This document shows, piece after piece, positions 46,261 to 60,954 of a stretch of DNA of 64,000 nucleotides. A program made the position numbers and the translations under genes. The stretch covers positions 104,187,811 to 104,251,810 of the forward strand of contig NC_052162.1 of NCBI RefSeq assembly GCF_902713615.1, read 5' to 3'. Positions within the stretch are counted from its first letter, which is position 1. Each line of letters starts with the position of its first letter. This DNA is from Scyliorhinus canicula. Its lineage: Eukaryota. Under the pieces are notes generated by a model that did no database searches, was not told where the DNA came from, and saw only the letters and a list, made by a program, of their open reading frames with translations.

Positions 46261-48259
46261 TTACTTACTTAATTAATTAAATAATTAATTAGTTTTGAAG
46301 TGTCTCTTTTTTCAAATTCACCACAGATCCCCTAACAGCCAATCAGGTCATAGACCTCCTATGACGTCAGTTTTTTTTCAGCTTCAGTGGACTACTGATT
46401 CTCACTGCTCCGGTGCTCTGCCCTCAGAAACTGCTCCCTGGAAACTGGGCTTTAGCATTCTTTTTCGAATGTGTACTTTTATGGACGTCGTCTGACATCG
46501 ATAGGTTAACGGGTATGAGAGGATCTGTTGCAGTCAATGATGTGTTACGTTTATTTCTCGGCAGTCTCCCTTATCTTGTTGGTGGTGGGGTGTGGCAGGG
46601 CTCTACACCGTCCAGACACACGCCCGTTGATGGATGTCTTCACGACCCTTTATGTCATGGAGTGTCATGGAGTTTTCCTCTTCTCCCTCTTATCTAACCT
46701 GGTCGGTCCACGCTTTTTCTTGGTCTAAGGCATGAAGTTTAAAGATAAACTGAACCAACTGTGTTAATATTCGCGGTCTTTTTCTGTATTAATGTAGACA
46801 AAGGCATTATGCTGTACTCTACAAATTCTGCGTTTGTTGCGTTATTTGACAAAATGTAAAACAAAACTACATAAAATATGTAAAATGAAAACTGGAAATA
46901 AACTGAACTGGATCAGCGATATTAATACAGTGGCTGGAGGATAATGTCGGACACTTTGAATTCTTAAGCACATCCTGACTCCACAAAGCCTGTCTACAAT
47001 TTATAATTCAAATATCAAAGTGTGCCGGAATACTATCCACTTGTATGGATGTGTTCCACTCAATTAATATTAAAGCTACCGGACATATGCTGAAAAGTTC
47101 GATCGACATACGAACTACCGTATTAAATATTCAAAATATGGCCCTGGTGCATTTTTTGAAAAGACATAGTGCTGCAATAATTAAAACAGGGGCAATGCAT
47201 ATAATCCGTGTCAATGTCGTGAACCTAAACTGTGACACTCGATTGAAACAGGGAGATTGCACTTTATTCTATAATAAATGTAGTGTCTAGTCTAATATAG
47301 CAGTGGCATTCTGCAGTAACATAAACGTGTCATGCAGTCTGTGTTTGACACGAAAGAGCATTTTCTCGTGGGATTAAGTCGCTCAGTGATCTCATGAACC
47401 CATGAGTCTGTGTATTAAAATAAACATTATGGCTCCCATGGTCTCGCATTGTGCACTGGTTGACATTTTTCCTTTCAATCGAAATCAACAAAAATCCATA
47501 AGCGGGAATTGAGGCACTTTGTTCTGTTACTGATGCACGTGCCCTTAAATAGGTCACGGCAATCGACCATTAATAGCATTCTAAATGCTCCGGGATATGC
47601 CAGAGATAGTAATCAGCTGGTACAAACGGGTGAGCTGTGTCTTGATGTAGACAGATCAGAAAATGTAACTCGGATGTTTCTTCAGAGAATGACAAAATTG
47701 TTAAGGAGGGCATTTGGCTCATTCTGTCAGCACCAGCTTTCTAAAGGAGCATTATTGCCGATTACATCTCGGACCTTTTCCAGGGATGTCAACAAATCAG
47801 TTCTATTCAGGTACGGATCTAATTCCCTATTGAAGGATTCAATTGAATCGCCTCCGCCACACTTCTAGGTAATGTATTCCAAACCTGAACTCACCGCTGT
47901 TGGAAAAAAAAATCTCAAGTCACATTTCCTTCTTGAACATGTTTATGAGGGGCAACATTTACTCCCTATCTGCTCTAAGTATCCTCTAAGAATTTTGAAC
48001 ATCTAAATCAAATCTCTTCTCATTCATGTTCTCATCAAGTAGAACAGTCCCATCTGTCCAAACTATACTCGTTGATTAAAGAAGATATTGATACAATATT
48101 GAGGACATATATTAGTACATATGATGTGGAATCTGACTGGCCGAGTTAAGAAACATTACGGAGCAAAACATATTCGTCGGGGTGGTATACAGACCACCAA
48201 ACTGCAATGGTAATGTTAAGAATAGCACCAGACAGGAAGTCAGAGATGCTTGTGATAAT

Positions 48260-50790
48260 CGACCATCAGTGATTCTGGGTGACTTTAATCTGCATGTGGG
48301 TAGGGTGATTCAAATTAATCGCAGTACAAGAGAGAACTAATTTCTGGAGTGTATACGTGATGGTCTTGTGGACGAGCATGTTCAGGAACCAACAAGGAAA
48401 CTGACCATCGTGGACTTGATGTTGTGCCATGAGAAAGCATTAGTTGGCAATCCAGCTGTGAGAGAAATCTTTGGGATGAGTGACCATAATAAGGTAGAAT
48501 TCTTTATCAAGGTGAATAGTGAGGTAGTTGATTCTGAGACCAAGGTCCTGAAACTTAATAAAGGATGCAATTATGATATGAGCATGAGCTGGGCAAAATG
48601 GACTGGAAAACATTACTGAAAGAAAGGAGACCGGCAGGCATTGAAGGAACGATTCGTAAAACTCCTAACGTTCTTTGTGAATATGTGGCACAAGAGTAGA
48701 AAGGGAACTATGACCAAACCGTGGGTTGCAAGGGAAATGAGAGACAGTATTAGGGTCAAAGAAGAGGCATAGACATTCGTAAGAAAAAGCAATAAACTTC
48801 AGGATTGGGAAATTAAAAATTCAGCAAAGACAGACCAAGGGAGTAATTAAGGAAGGGGAAATAGAATTTGAAAGTAAACTAGAAGAGAACATCAAAACTG
48901 ACTGTAAAAGTTTTCATAGCTAAGTAAAGGGAAGTGGATTAACAAACAGTAAAGTAGGCCGTTTACAGTCAGAAATAATGGAATGCATATAAGGGAACAA
49001 AGAAATGGCTGAGGAGCCAAGATCGAATTTTACTACTTTATTTGCAAACAAATAAATGAGTAATGTAGCAGACGTTCTCCGAAGCACAAGTTTTAGTGAG
49101 GAGCTAAATTAATTTAGAATTAGTAAAGAAATGTTTTTTGAGGAAATAACTGGAATTGAAGACGGCAAATTTCCAGGGCCTGATAATGTGCATCCAGATC
49201 CAGAGCACTAAAGGAAGTTGCCCCAGAAATAATAGATTGGGGTGGCACGATGGCTCGGTGGCTAGCCTTTCTGCATTAGCGCCAGGGATCCGGATTCGAT
49301 TCCAACCTTTGGTGGCTGTTTGTGTTCTCACAGTTTGAATTTGCACCTTCTCCCCGGATCTGAGTGGGTTTCCTTCGGGTGCACCAATCCAAAGATGCAC
49401 AGCTTAGGTGGGTTCGCCATCATAAATTTCCCCTTAGCGTCCAATGGTTAGGTCCTGATAGGGCGGGCATTAGGGATAGGTAGGGTGCTCTTTCAGAGGA
49501 TCGTTATAGATGAGACTAATGGCATCATGCAATGTAGCGATTCTCTGATTCTTTCAGTTCCATTGGTAGTCATTTTCTTTAGCCTCTGGAATGGTTCCGA
49601 CAGATTGAAGGGTATTGAATGTAACCCCGCTATTCAAAAAAGGGAGGTAGAGTGAAAACAGGAAATCAGAGACCAGTCCGCCTTAGTAGGTAATTTGCTG
49701 GAGTTCATTTTCAAGGAATTTGGAAAGCAGTGGTATAATCACACAAATCAATATGGATTTACGAGAGGAAAATCATGCTTGACAAATCTACTCGAGTTCT
49801 TTGAAGATGTAACGAGCTAGTAGAGTTGATCACGAAGAACAGCTGAATGCGGTTTCTTAGACTTTAAAAAGGCTTTCGATAATGTCTCACATAGCAGATT
49901 AATATGTAAAGTGAAAGTGCATGCGATTACGGGTAATGTCTTGAGATGGATAGAAAGCTGGTTAGCAGACAGGAAGCAACACCTTGGAATAAATAGATCA
50001 TTTTCAGATTCGCAGGCAGTGGCGAGTGGAGTATGGCAGAGATTTGTGCTGTGGCCCGTAATGTTCACATTATATAGTAATGATTGAGACGAGGGGACTA
50101 AATGTGCTATGTCAAAATTTGCAGATAATACAAAGTTAGGTGAGAGGGTGAGCTGTGCAAAGGATTTAGAAATGCTTCAACGGGATTTGTATCGGCAAAG
50201 TGAGTGATCATATGAATGGCATATGCAGTAAAATGTGGGTAAATGACGTTATCCGTTTCGGTAGCAAAAATAGAAAGGCAGATTAACACTTGAATGTATG
50301 TAAATCGAGAGAGGTGGATACTCAGCGAAACATTGGTATCTTCATGCGTCAGTTCCTGAAAGTAAGCGTGCAGGTACAGCTGACAGCACAGAAGACAAAT
50401 CGTATGTTGGCCTTCAATGTGAAACGATTTGAGTACAGGAACAGAAGTTAGGAGTAAAGGAACAATTTGAGTATAGGAACAGTTTTATATGGCATTGTTG
50501 AGACAATACGTGGAGCAATGTGTGCAGTTTTGGTGTCTTGAGGAATGATGTTCTTGCCACAGAGGGAGTGCGGAGAAGGTATACTAGGCTGATTCCTGGT
50601 ATGGCTGGCTATCATATGAGGAGAGACTAAATTGGTTTGGACTCTGTATCATTGGGATTTAGAAGAGATCGCATAGAAAGTTAGACATTTCTAACTGGAT
50701 CCGACAGGGTAGATTCAGAAACATTGTTCCCGCTGGTGGGGGAGTTCAGTTTGAGGATAAGGGTTAAACCTTTTAAGTCTGAGTTGAGGA
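48260..50790 (+). mobile_element. Old degenerate CR1 ORF2 with an internal SINE (~49240-49550)
   Basis: Remnants of the endonuclease C-terminus (SDHNKVEF) and of the RT, with many stops. Confidence 0.7.
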
Positions 50791-51002
50791 AACATTTCTT
50801 CTTTTTTTAAAGAAATAATTAGAGTATCCATTTTTTTTCCAATTGAGGGGCAATCCATCTAACCTGCACATCTTTGGGTTCTGGGGGTGAAACCCACGCA
50901 GACATGGGGAGAACGTGCAAACTGCACACGGACAGTGACCCACAGACGTGATTTAACCCGAGTCCTCAGCGCCGTAGTCCCGGTGCTAACTGCTGCGCCA
51001 CA

Positions 51003-52402
51003 TTGTTCAAGAAGGGAGTAGAGACAACCCTGGTAATTATAGACCTGTGAGCTTTACTTCGGTTGTGGGTAAAATGTTGGAACAGTTTATAAGAGATAGG
51101 GTTTATAATCATCTTGAAAAGAACAAGTTGATTAGCGATAGTCAACACGGTTTTGAAAAGAGTAGGTCATGCCTAACAAACCTTATTGAGTTTTTTGAGA
51201 AGGTGACCAAACAGGTGGATGAGGGTGAAGCGGTTGATGTGGTGTATATGGATTTCAGTAAGGCGTTTGATAAGGTTCCACACGGTAGGCTATTGCAAAA
51301 AATAAGGAAGTATGGGATTGAAGGTGATTTAGCGGTTTGGATCAGTAATTGGCTAGCTGAAAGAAGACAGAGGGTGGTGGTTGATGGCAAATGTTCATCC
51401 TGGAGTTCAGTTACTAGTGGTGTACCGCAAGGATCTGTTTTGGGGCCACTGCTGTTTGTCATTTTTATAAATGACCTGGAAGAGGGTGTAGAAGGATGGG
51501 TTAGTAAATCTGCAGATGACACGAAGGTCGGTGGAGCTGTGGATAGTGCTGAAGGATGTTATAGGATACAGAGGGGCATAGATAAGCTGCAGAGCTGGGC
51601 TGAGAGGTGGCAGATGGAGTTTAATGCGGAAAAGTGTGAGTTGGTTCACTTTGGAAGGAGTAACAGGAATGCAAAGTACTGGGCTAATGGCAAGATTCTT
51701 GGTAGTGTAGATGAACAGAGAGATCTCGGCATCCAGGTACATAAATCCCTGAAAGTTGCCACCCAGGTTAATAGGGCGGTTAAGAAGGCATATGGTGTGC
51801 TAGCCTTTATCAGTAGGTGGATTGAGTTTCGGAGCCACAAGGTCATGCTGCAGCTGTACATAACTCTGGTGCAGCCGCTCCTGGAGTACTGCGTGCAGTT
51901 TTGGTCACCACATTATAGGAAGAATGTGGAAGCTTTGGAAAGGGTTCAGAGGAGGTTTACAAGGATGTTTCCTGGTATGGAGGGAAGGTCTTCCGAAAGG
52001 CTCAGGGACTTGAGGTTGTTTTCGTTAGAGAGGAGAAGGCTGAGAGGTGACTTAATAGAGACATATAAGATAGTCAGAGGGTTAGATAGGGTGGACAGTG
52101 AGAGTCTCTTTCCTCGGATGGTGATGACCAACACGAGGGGACATAGCTTTAAATTGAGGGGTAGTAGATATAGGACAGATGTCAGAGGCAGTTTCTTTAC
52201 TCAGAGAGTAGTAGGGTGTGGAACGCCCTGGCTGCAACAGTAGTAGACTCGCCAACTATAAGGGCATTTAATTGGTCGCTGGATAGACATATGGATGAAA
52301 ATGGAATAGTGTAGGTCAAATAGGCGTCAGATGGTTTCACAGGTCGGCGCAACATCGAGGGCCGAAGGGCCCATACTGCGCTGTAATGTTCTATGTTCTA
52401 TG
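51003..52402 (+). mobile_element. Young 5'-truncated CR1 (398-aa RT ORF), preceded by a SINE fragment (~50790-51003, -)
   Basis: ORF 51047-52243 has [29 protein letters not shown] and SADD, followed by a (TGTTCTA)n tail. Confidence 0.9.
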
Positions 52403-52979
52403 TCGCCCTAGGAGACATATCGTCACCAAGAGAGTAGTGCACCAGTGAAATTCGCAACCAGAAAAAGAAATTGAGGAAAACGTGTTGCTTAATTTCACGT
52501 AAACAAATTACATATTGCTCTTCCTGCTGAAAGGATCAAGGGATATGGGATGGGGGTGGCGGGCGGGATCGGGGCATTGAACTTGATGATCAGCCATGGT
52601 CATAAGAAATGGCGGTGCAGACACGCAGGACGGAATGGCCTCATCCTGCTTCTATTTCGCATCCCTAGAACCAGGCCAATATATTCCTTCTGCAATGTTT
52701 CCAATGCCTTCACTTACTTTCCCGAGTAAGGGGGTCAGAACTGGAAACAATATTGCAGCTGTGGTCCAACTCGTGACTTGTATATCTTCAGCATAATATC
52801 CTTCCTCATTTACTCTTCGCGCATATTAATAACGCCCAGAATACTACATGTTTTTATTAAGTGCTGTCTTCACCCGTCCTGCCACATTCAATTATCTATA
52901 CACATATTCACCCATTTCCCTCTGCTCCTGCACTCCTGTTATAATGTTACCATTTGTTTCATATTGCCTCAGGTAAAGG

Positions 52980-55900
52980 TAAAATGACCCTGAAGGGAGT
53001 TATGTACAGGCCACCTCGCAATAGTCAGTATGTGGGCAGAAAGTCAATCAGGAGATGGCGAAACCATGTTAAAAAGGCAATATCACAATTATCATGGTGG
53101 GGGAGGGGGGGGGGGGCTTCAATATGTTGGTGGACTCGAAACCTCAGGTTGGTTGTGCATCCCAACAAAAGGAATTTGTGGAATGTTTCGAGATGTTTTT
53201 TTGTTTGGAGCAGCTTCTGGGTTTGGCGATGTGTAATGAGGCAGACTTCATTAGTGATCTTAAGGTGAAGGGAACCTGAGTGAGCGGGGACCACAATATG
53301 ATAGAATTTACCCTGCAGTTTGAGAGGTAGATGGAGAAGCTGGAGTCAGATGTAACGGTATTACAATTAAATAAGGGCAACTACAAAGACACGAGGGAGG
53401 AGCTGGCCAGAGTTGATTGGACCAGGAGACGAGCAGGAAGACAGAGGACCAGCAATGACAGGAGTTTTTCGGGGTTATTCGGGAGGCACAGCAGAAAATC
53501 ATGCCAAGGAGGAGGAGACATGCTGAGTGGCGGATTAGGCATCCATGGTTGACAAGGGAAGTCAAGGACAGCATAAAAACAAAAGAGAAAACACATAAAG
53601 TGGCGAGGATTAGTGAGAAGCCAGAGGATTGGAAAGCCTTTAAAAGCTAGCAGAGGACAAATATAAAAATAATAAGTGGAGAGACAATTAAACATGAGTG
53701 CAAGCTAGCTAGTAATATAAAAGAAGATAGGAAGATTTTTTTTTCAATATATAAAAGGTTAGAGAGAGGAAATATCGACATTGGACCTATGGAAAACGTG
53801 GCTGGAGAAGTAATAATAGGAAACAAATAAGTGGAAGACCAACTGAATTGTTACTTTGCATCAATCTTCACGGTGGAATACACCAGTGGGATGCCACTGC
53901 TACAGGAGAATCGCGGGGCAAAGGTGACTGCAGTGATCAGCACTAAGGAGAAGGTTCTGGGAAGCTGATAGATCTGAAGGTGGATAAGTCACCTGGACAG
54001 GATGGACTACACCCCGGGGCTCTCAGAGATGCCGGAGGATATTGTGAAGGCATTGGTGGTGATCTTTCTGGAATCACTGGAGGCAGCAAGGGTCCCAGAG
54101 GACTGGAAAGTGGCTAATGTAACGCCAGTATTTAAGAAAGGAGGGAGGCAGAAGACGGAAAATTATAGGCCGGTTAGCCTGACTTCGGTCATTTGTAAGA
54201 TTTTAGAGTCCGTTATTAAAGATGGGATCGTGGAGTACGAGGAGGTGCATGATCAAATAGGACTGAGTCAGCTGTAGCTACCTAAGATGGACACTGGGCT
54301 AACAAAATGGAGAACTGCTAAGACTGTAGGGAGAAAACAGTTTAGCCAGGACAAGCAGTCTGCAAAGGCTAATTAGCATTCTGCACGTAACGAAACTAGT
54401 TTATGGCCAGGTGGAAGATCTCAACCAAAGGTGTAAATAGCAAAACGCTTTGCATAGTAATGAGGCAATCCAGATCTGGGCACACACAATAGCAACATTT
54501 GGGTTTGAATGGATACTTTGAGTGGACGCCCAGACGAAACGGCACCAGAAGTATCCATCACAAAAGACCCTAGAGACCGCCCCACCCATCGAGAAGAGAC
54601 CCTCAGATTGGGGGATTTGTAAGATATCGATTGGGAAATGGCCCAATCGATACATGGCAGGTAAAGGCCCGCCCCGAAAAGGCACGGACATTGGGGGGCC
54701 TATAAAGATAGACCCCACATGGTTCTGTCTGTTGTGCTCCGGCTCCGTTGCTGTTTTTGTGCTCCGGCTTGGACTGCTGTTTTGACTCCGGCCCAGATCT
54801 GCTGTTGTATCCTGACTCCGACTCCAGCCGTTGATCCTGTCTTCCATCACCAGCCGTTGAGCACCAGCCATCGTTCAGTAAGTGCCAAAACGACGCTCGC
54901 TACGTGAACCCAGCATTGCCTATACATTAATCGACTAGTAACGAACAGAAGGTGCAGCCCAGAAAGGAAAAAAGGCCTTGTCCCCTGACCTTGCTGGTTC
55001 CTACTTAGATAAGTATTTAGTCGTTTAATAGTAGAAATAGGTATTAGTCTTTAGCGTGTGCATGAGTATTTATTATATTTGTATAATAAATATTGATCGT
55101 TGGAACTTACTAATCGGTGTATAGTTTTATTACTTTGAACCTGACCTTGAAATACTTGAGAGGTGTCTATATACGGCACCTGGCGACTCCGAGCTGAAAA
55201 TACACACACAGAGCTGTAGCAGTGTTAAGCACACGGCCTTTAAATGGAGGCGTGTTAATACACTCCAATAAACGCGTAATACACTCAAGTAAAACGTGCA
55301 ACACAGCTCGGCTTTGTCAAAGGGAGGTTACGTCTGACAAATCTGTTAGAGTTCTTTGATGAGGTAAGGAAGAAGTTAGACAAAGGAGAACCAGTCGACA
55401 TAATTTATTTAGTTTCCAGAAGGTCTTTGACAAGGTGTCGCATAGGAGATTGCTAAATAAGTTAAGAGCCCATGGTGTTAAGCGCAAGATCACGGTATGG
55501 ATTGAGGATTGGCTGTCTGTCAGAAGGCAAAGAGTGGGGATAAAGGGGTCCTTTTCAGGATGGCGGAAGGTGACGAGTGGTGTTCCTCAGGTGTCTTTGA
55601 TGGGATCACAACTTTTCACAATATACGTTAATGATTTGGAAGAAGGAACTGGAGACAGTGTTGATAAGTTTGCAGATGGTGCAAAGATCTGTAGAGGGAC
55701 AGGTAGTATCGAGGAAGCAAAGGGCTGCAGAAGGAGTCGGACAGGCCAGGACAGTGGGCAATGAAGCATCAGATGAAAATGAAAATTGCTTATCGTCACG
55801 AGTAGGCTTCAATCAAGTTACTGTGAAAATCCCCTAGTCGCCACATTCCGGCGCCTGTCCGGGGAGGCTGGTACGGGAATTGAACCGTGCTGCTGGCCTG

Positions 55901-56750
55901 CTTGGTCTGCTTTAAAAGCCAGCGATTTAGCCGACTGAGCAAAACCAGCCCCTGATGAAATACAATGTTGAAAAATGTGAAGTTATGCACTTTGGAAGGA
56001 GGAATTTAGGTATAGACTATTTTCTAAATGGGGAAATGCTTAGTAAATCAAAAGCACACAGGGACTGGGGAGTCTTTGTTCACAATTCTCTTAAGGTTAA
56101 CGTGCAGGTTCAGACGACAGTTAAGGAGGCAAATGCAATGTTAGCATGCATGTCAAGACGGCTAGAACGCAAGATCAGGGATGCACTTCTGAGGCTGTTT
56201 AAGGCTCTGGTCAGACCCATTTAGCATGTTGTGAGCAGATTTGGGCCCCGTATCTACGGAAAAATGTGCTGGCCTTGGAAAGGGTCCAGAGGAGTTTCAC
56301 AAGAATAATCCCTCGAATTAAGAGATTGTCATATGAGCAACTGTTGAGGACTCTGGGCCTGTACTCGTTGGAGTTCAGAAGGATGAGTGGAGATTTAAGA
56401 AACTTACAGGATACTGCGAGGCCTGGATAGAGTGGACGTGGAGAGGATGTTTCCAATTGTAGGAAAACCTAGAACCAGACACCACAATCTCAGATTAAGG
56501 GGACGATCCTTTAAAACAGAGATGAGAAGGAATTTCTTCAACCAGAGGGTGGCGAATCTGTGGAACACTTTGCCGCAGAAGGCTGTGGAGGCAAAATCAT
56601 TGATTGACTTTAAGCTAGGTTCTTGATCAATAAGGAGATCATGGGCTATGCGGCGAAGGCGAATGGGGATGAGAAAAATAGCTGTCATGATTGAATGACG
56701 GAGCAGGCTCGTTGGGCCCAGTGGCCTAATTCTGCTTCTATGTCTTAGGG
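52980..56750 (+). mobile_element. Degenerate CR1 ORF2 interrupted by a solo LTR and a SINE fragment
   Basis: WKVANVTPVFKKGGRQKTENYRPVSLTS, HRRLLNKL, FADG and KYNVEKCEVMHF occur in order across the interruptions. Confidence 0.8.
54273..55303 (+). mobile_element. Solo LTR (1031 bp) of an ERV- or Gypsy-type element
   Basis: TGTAGC...GCAACA termini with a perfect 4-bp TSD CAGC (54269-72 and 55304-07). TATA-like CCTATAAAG at ~54700; AATAAA at ~55087 and ~55268. Confidence 0.85.
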
Positions 56751-58377
56751 TCTCATGGTTTCTCTATGTTTTTTCTGCCGGAATACATCACCACACACGT
56801 CTCCGCATTGGACTCCATCTGCTTTTCTTTCACCTTTTAACGATCTTCACTCTCCTTCTGATAGTTTACATACTTGCAAGCTTTGCAGCATATACATAAT
56901 TTCTAAAACGGCCCTTACAACCCAAGACCTGGATCATTAATACATGTTAGGAAAGAACAATTGTCCCGATATCGACCCCTCTGACACACCTCCACAAACC
57001 ATCTTCCAGCTGGAAACATATGCATTGAGTTTTGCTCACTGCTCCCCATTAGTCAGCCAACTTTGTATCCACGTTACTATTGTTATTTTTATTCCATGGG
57101 CTGTATTTTTATTATTTCACAAGCCGATGCGTTGCATTTGATCGAATTCATTATAAACGTCTGTGTACTGAAAATCAACAGCATTACACTCACAACTCCT
57201 CAGTAAACACCGACAAGCTGGTTAATCGCGATTACCCATTTTGAAATCCATGACGGCTGTTCTTAATCAACCCATATTTCACAAGCGAAGTGACGACAAG
57301 TGTTGTTCATAAGTTCGTAGCAAAATCTGATTTTCTTTGCATAAGACAAATCGGGAACGGCCTTCTTTCCTATTCCACTGGACAAGACCTCCAGTTTTAA
57401 TGGCTTAGACGCTGATTCATTCATTGTCTTCTCCGTTCCCACCATTTAAGCATTGCTGGCAATGTAAACTTCATTAACCATTTGCCACTGAGAAGATGGT
57501 GGCAAGTCGCCTTCTGGAACGTCTCCAGGCCATGTGCTGTACGTAACGGCCGATCCACTATGGTTGGAGTTGCAGAATTTAAAGCCGTGACTTTAAACTC
57601 CCAGCGAATATCTCAAAGTCAGGACGGTTGCAATTAGCAGTGGAAATGGCTGGGAATTGAGTTCCCATGTGGTTGTGTACTTTGTCTTCCAGGGATTAAA
57701 GAACATGGCACGGGGACGAAACAAACTGTCGAAGATACCCGGGCGAGCAGCTTCAGTTTACCTTAATCGTCCACACTGAAGCCACTTTGTGCCAATAGTG
57801 GAGGGAATGGACGTTACCTGTTTAATAGGCTTCCAATCAAGGCTTTGATTTTACTCAGATTGCTTTGTTTCGGTTGAACTTTTCCTGAAAAGTACACAGC
57901 ATTCTAATATAACCAGGCCTTATGGCTTGTAAATGACCAGAGGTACTGGGAGGCAGGATGTGAGTTACTCTCATTGGAATTCTCAGCCTCTGAGTAATTG
58001 CTTTTGCCACAGTATTTATATGGCAGGCCCAGTGAAGCTTCTCTGAAAGTGTAGCCCCCAGTATCTGGGGATGTGTCAGGGTAGCACAGTGACGCAGTGG
58101 GCTAGCCCTGCTGCCTCACAGCGCCGAGGTCCCAGGTTCGATACCAGCTCCGCATCACTGTCCGTGTGGAGTTTACACATGCACCCCGTGTTTGCGTCGG
58201 TTTCGTCCCCGCAACGGAAAAATGTGCAGGCTAGGTGGATTGGCCATACTTAATTGGAAGAAGTTAATTTGGTACTCTAAATTTACATTTGAAAAAATCT
58301 TAAGATGTGGTATATTCAGCGTTGGTGAAAGGTTTGAACAAAAGGGAGAGATGTATAATGTATTTCTTGTTACATAC

Positions 58378-58712
58378 ATAGAAATTACAGTGCAGAAGGA
58401 GGCCATTCGGCCCATCGAGTCTGCACCGGCTCTTGGAAAGAGCACCCTACCCCCTACCCAAGGTCAACACCTCCACCCTATCCCCATAACTCAGTAATCC
58501 CACCCAACACTAAGGGCAATTTTGGACACTAAGGTCAATTTATCATAGCCAATCCACCTAACCCGCACATCTTTGGACTGTGGGAGGAACCCGGAGGAAA
58601 CCCACGCGGAGGATGTGCAGACTCCGCACAGACAGTGACCCAAGCCGGAATCGAACCTGGGACTCTGGAGCTGTGAAGTGATTGTGCTATCCACAATGCT
58701 ACTGTACTGCCG
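58378..58712 (-). mobile_element. HE1-type SINE
   Basis: Reverse complement of the complete SINE. An older SINE head lies at ~58075-58260 (+). Confidence 0.85.
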
Positions 58713-58910
58713 TTTTGGAGCTGGTCGTTGCGTGGAACCTTGTACATTGATGTCAAATTATCAGCATAGATGAATATTCTCCAGTTATTGCTGAGAGAGA
58801 TGTAGACGGTTTAATTGCTATTCAACCTACTGACTGACGATGTGTGGCTGTACAATAGAAGGAAATGACCGAATCTGCTGTCCAATTCAAATTGGATTTT
58901 ACTGTCTCCA

Positions 58911-59818
58911 TCATTGAACTAATTTAACAATTAGTCGTAGTGGATATTTTACTGCATTCTTTAACTCGTTTCTGAATTTACTCTGAGTCCCTGCATAAAT
59001 AAAAGGGTTGATACAGGAACTCAAAAGTTGAAGCATTGATGCTTTTTCCTCAAGAATGAATGTTGATTCAGTGATCTCTGAACTTGAAAAGTAACTAACG
59101 TTTGCTATCTGAACAAAGAGGAAAGTGATAACATATAACAAATACAGCAGAATAAAACTTCCTGACACACAAAAGAGTAAAACAATTGATTTTTTCCGCC
59201 TCTCTATCTCTGGATCACTCTCATTCTCTCCCTTGATCTGGGCTCTGAGTCTCCTGCGGGCTTTACTGGCTATTAGAATGTTTCTGACAGTCAGAGCATT
59301 GAGCAATAGAATCAGAATGAAAGGAAGACAAGGGGTTAAAATGTGATGTATGCAGTCAAAGGCAATCCATGCACGTGAGGTATAATAGCTTAATTTGATG
59401 TCGCAGAACCAGGGCATATTGTTACTTATGTACAAAGGTTCATATATAAAATACAAGAAGGTGTTTTTTAGACAGCTAAGAATGCTTACCGTTCCTATGA
59501 CACGCACGGCCGTTTTCTGGCAGCAATATTTCATTTTAATCTTTTGGCAACAAATGGCCACAAATCGGTCAAATGTGAAGCCCACAGTCAACCAAGCAGA
59601 GCTGTCTATGGATGCATATATTAAGACAATACGGAGACTACATACTGGTGTGATGGAGAGTAAACTGAATGGGAAGTAAATACCAGTAATCCGGTTGAAT
59701 ATCACAGCGGTTATAATAAGCAGCAGATCCGACACTGCCATGGACACCATGTAGTAAGTTATACATTTGGAGAGACCACATCTTCCTCGGGATAGGATCA
59801 CAATCACCGCCAGGTTAG
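58911..59818 (-). CDS. Orphan class A GPCR (GPR139/GPR142-like shark expansion), exon 2
   Basis: Acceptor CTTTACAG. Reads NLAVIVILSRGRCGLSKCITYYMVSMAVSDLL, TVGFTFDRFVAICC (DRF), TPCLPFILILLLN, SSCINPFIY (NPxxY). Stop at 58911. Confidence 0.9.
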
Positions 59819-60954
59819 CTGTAAAGCAGAAGGAGAGAATGAAAAATGAAATGAAAATGAAAATCGCTTATTGTCACGAGTAGGCTTCAAGTTAAGTTAC
59901 TGTGAAAAGCCCCTAGTCGCCACATTCCGGCGCTTGTTCGGGGAGGCTGTTATGGGAATGGAAGAGACTGTGTCTGTAGTTTTGCACAGGGATGACGATA
60001 GGAATACTAATCTTCAATTTCCAAACTAAAATAATATTTTTTTCAGGATTCTGCGTGAATTTTTACATTTCAGATACTGTCACGAGTTCGGCATTTGCAG
60101 TGGGCAATTACTTCGGCATTAAAAATTGACATCCAGATTGACGAAAATGCAGGTCAGTGACATAGGAAAGACGAATAGTTTTATGAAAACGTACAGATAG
60201 CAAACTGCATTAAAAAAAAAGAAAACCGAACATAGAGTCGAATAGACCATAAGACAACAGATACGCGAAGCAGTGCAGTTAATATTGACCTGGTCAGTAT
60301 CAAAAAGTGTGGAGACCATGACGAGCGCGATTATTTGTCGCTGACGGTTTACAGTGGTCTATTCCAGTCAGCTATTGAAAGCACATTATCTGTCGTGAGC
60401 TCAAAAATTATTCACATGTAGCAAACAATGAAATCGGAATGAGAGTTTTATGAATTTGCGCACGGGTTGATGTTTTTTTTCTGCAAATATAACTCTGAGA
60501 TCTTCACTGAATAGTCAGCTGGATGTTTAATATAGATCTGAACAATTAGGACTGGCAGATAATGAGGCTTTTTTCGAAGTTAGGTCCGCTGAGCAATGCA
60601 GCATTCCGCCATATTGCATTGCACTGTCTGAATAAAGGATGAATTTAGTTTCATGGCTACTATTTTAAGTCAATTACTTTTGATTCAGGTCGTAGACATG
60701 TCACAAATGAAGCAATGCCACTGAAAGTTCAGAAAATGGTGACGGCGAAAATCTGGGACAATGCCAGATTCTACACGATTCTGTAGAATCGTGAGCAGAG
60801 GTTAATGGAGAAGAGGAGAGGTGGACTGTACCAGTGTTTGTTGGAGACTGAGAGATGAAAAAGAGCCTTTTGAGTTTGATGAATCCAAGACCCTGGTTGA
60901 GGCCAGACGCATGCGTGTGGAACTTAGCTATATGTTTTTGCTCGGCAATTCTGC

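Noticed and set aside
46528-46728. 66-aa hydrophobic ORF resembling a signal-peptide exon
   Set aside because: No convincing donor site, no recognisable family, and the length is within chance expectation.
47553-47810. Exon-like island (two segments with AG/GT boundaries)
   Set aside because: It needs a 56-nt intron, contains a stop, and its 3' part runs into a minus-strand CR1 tail.
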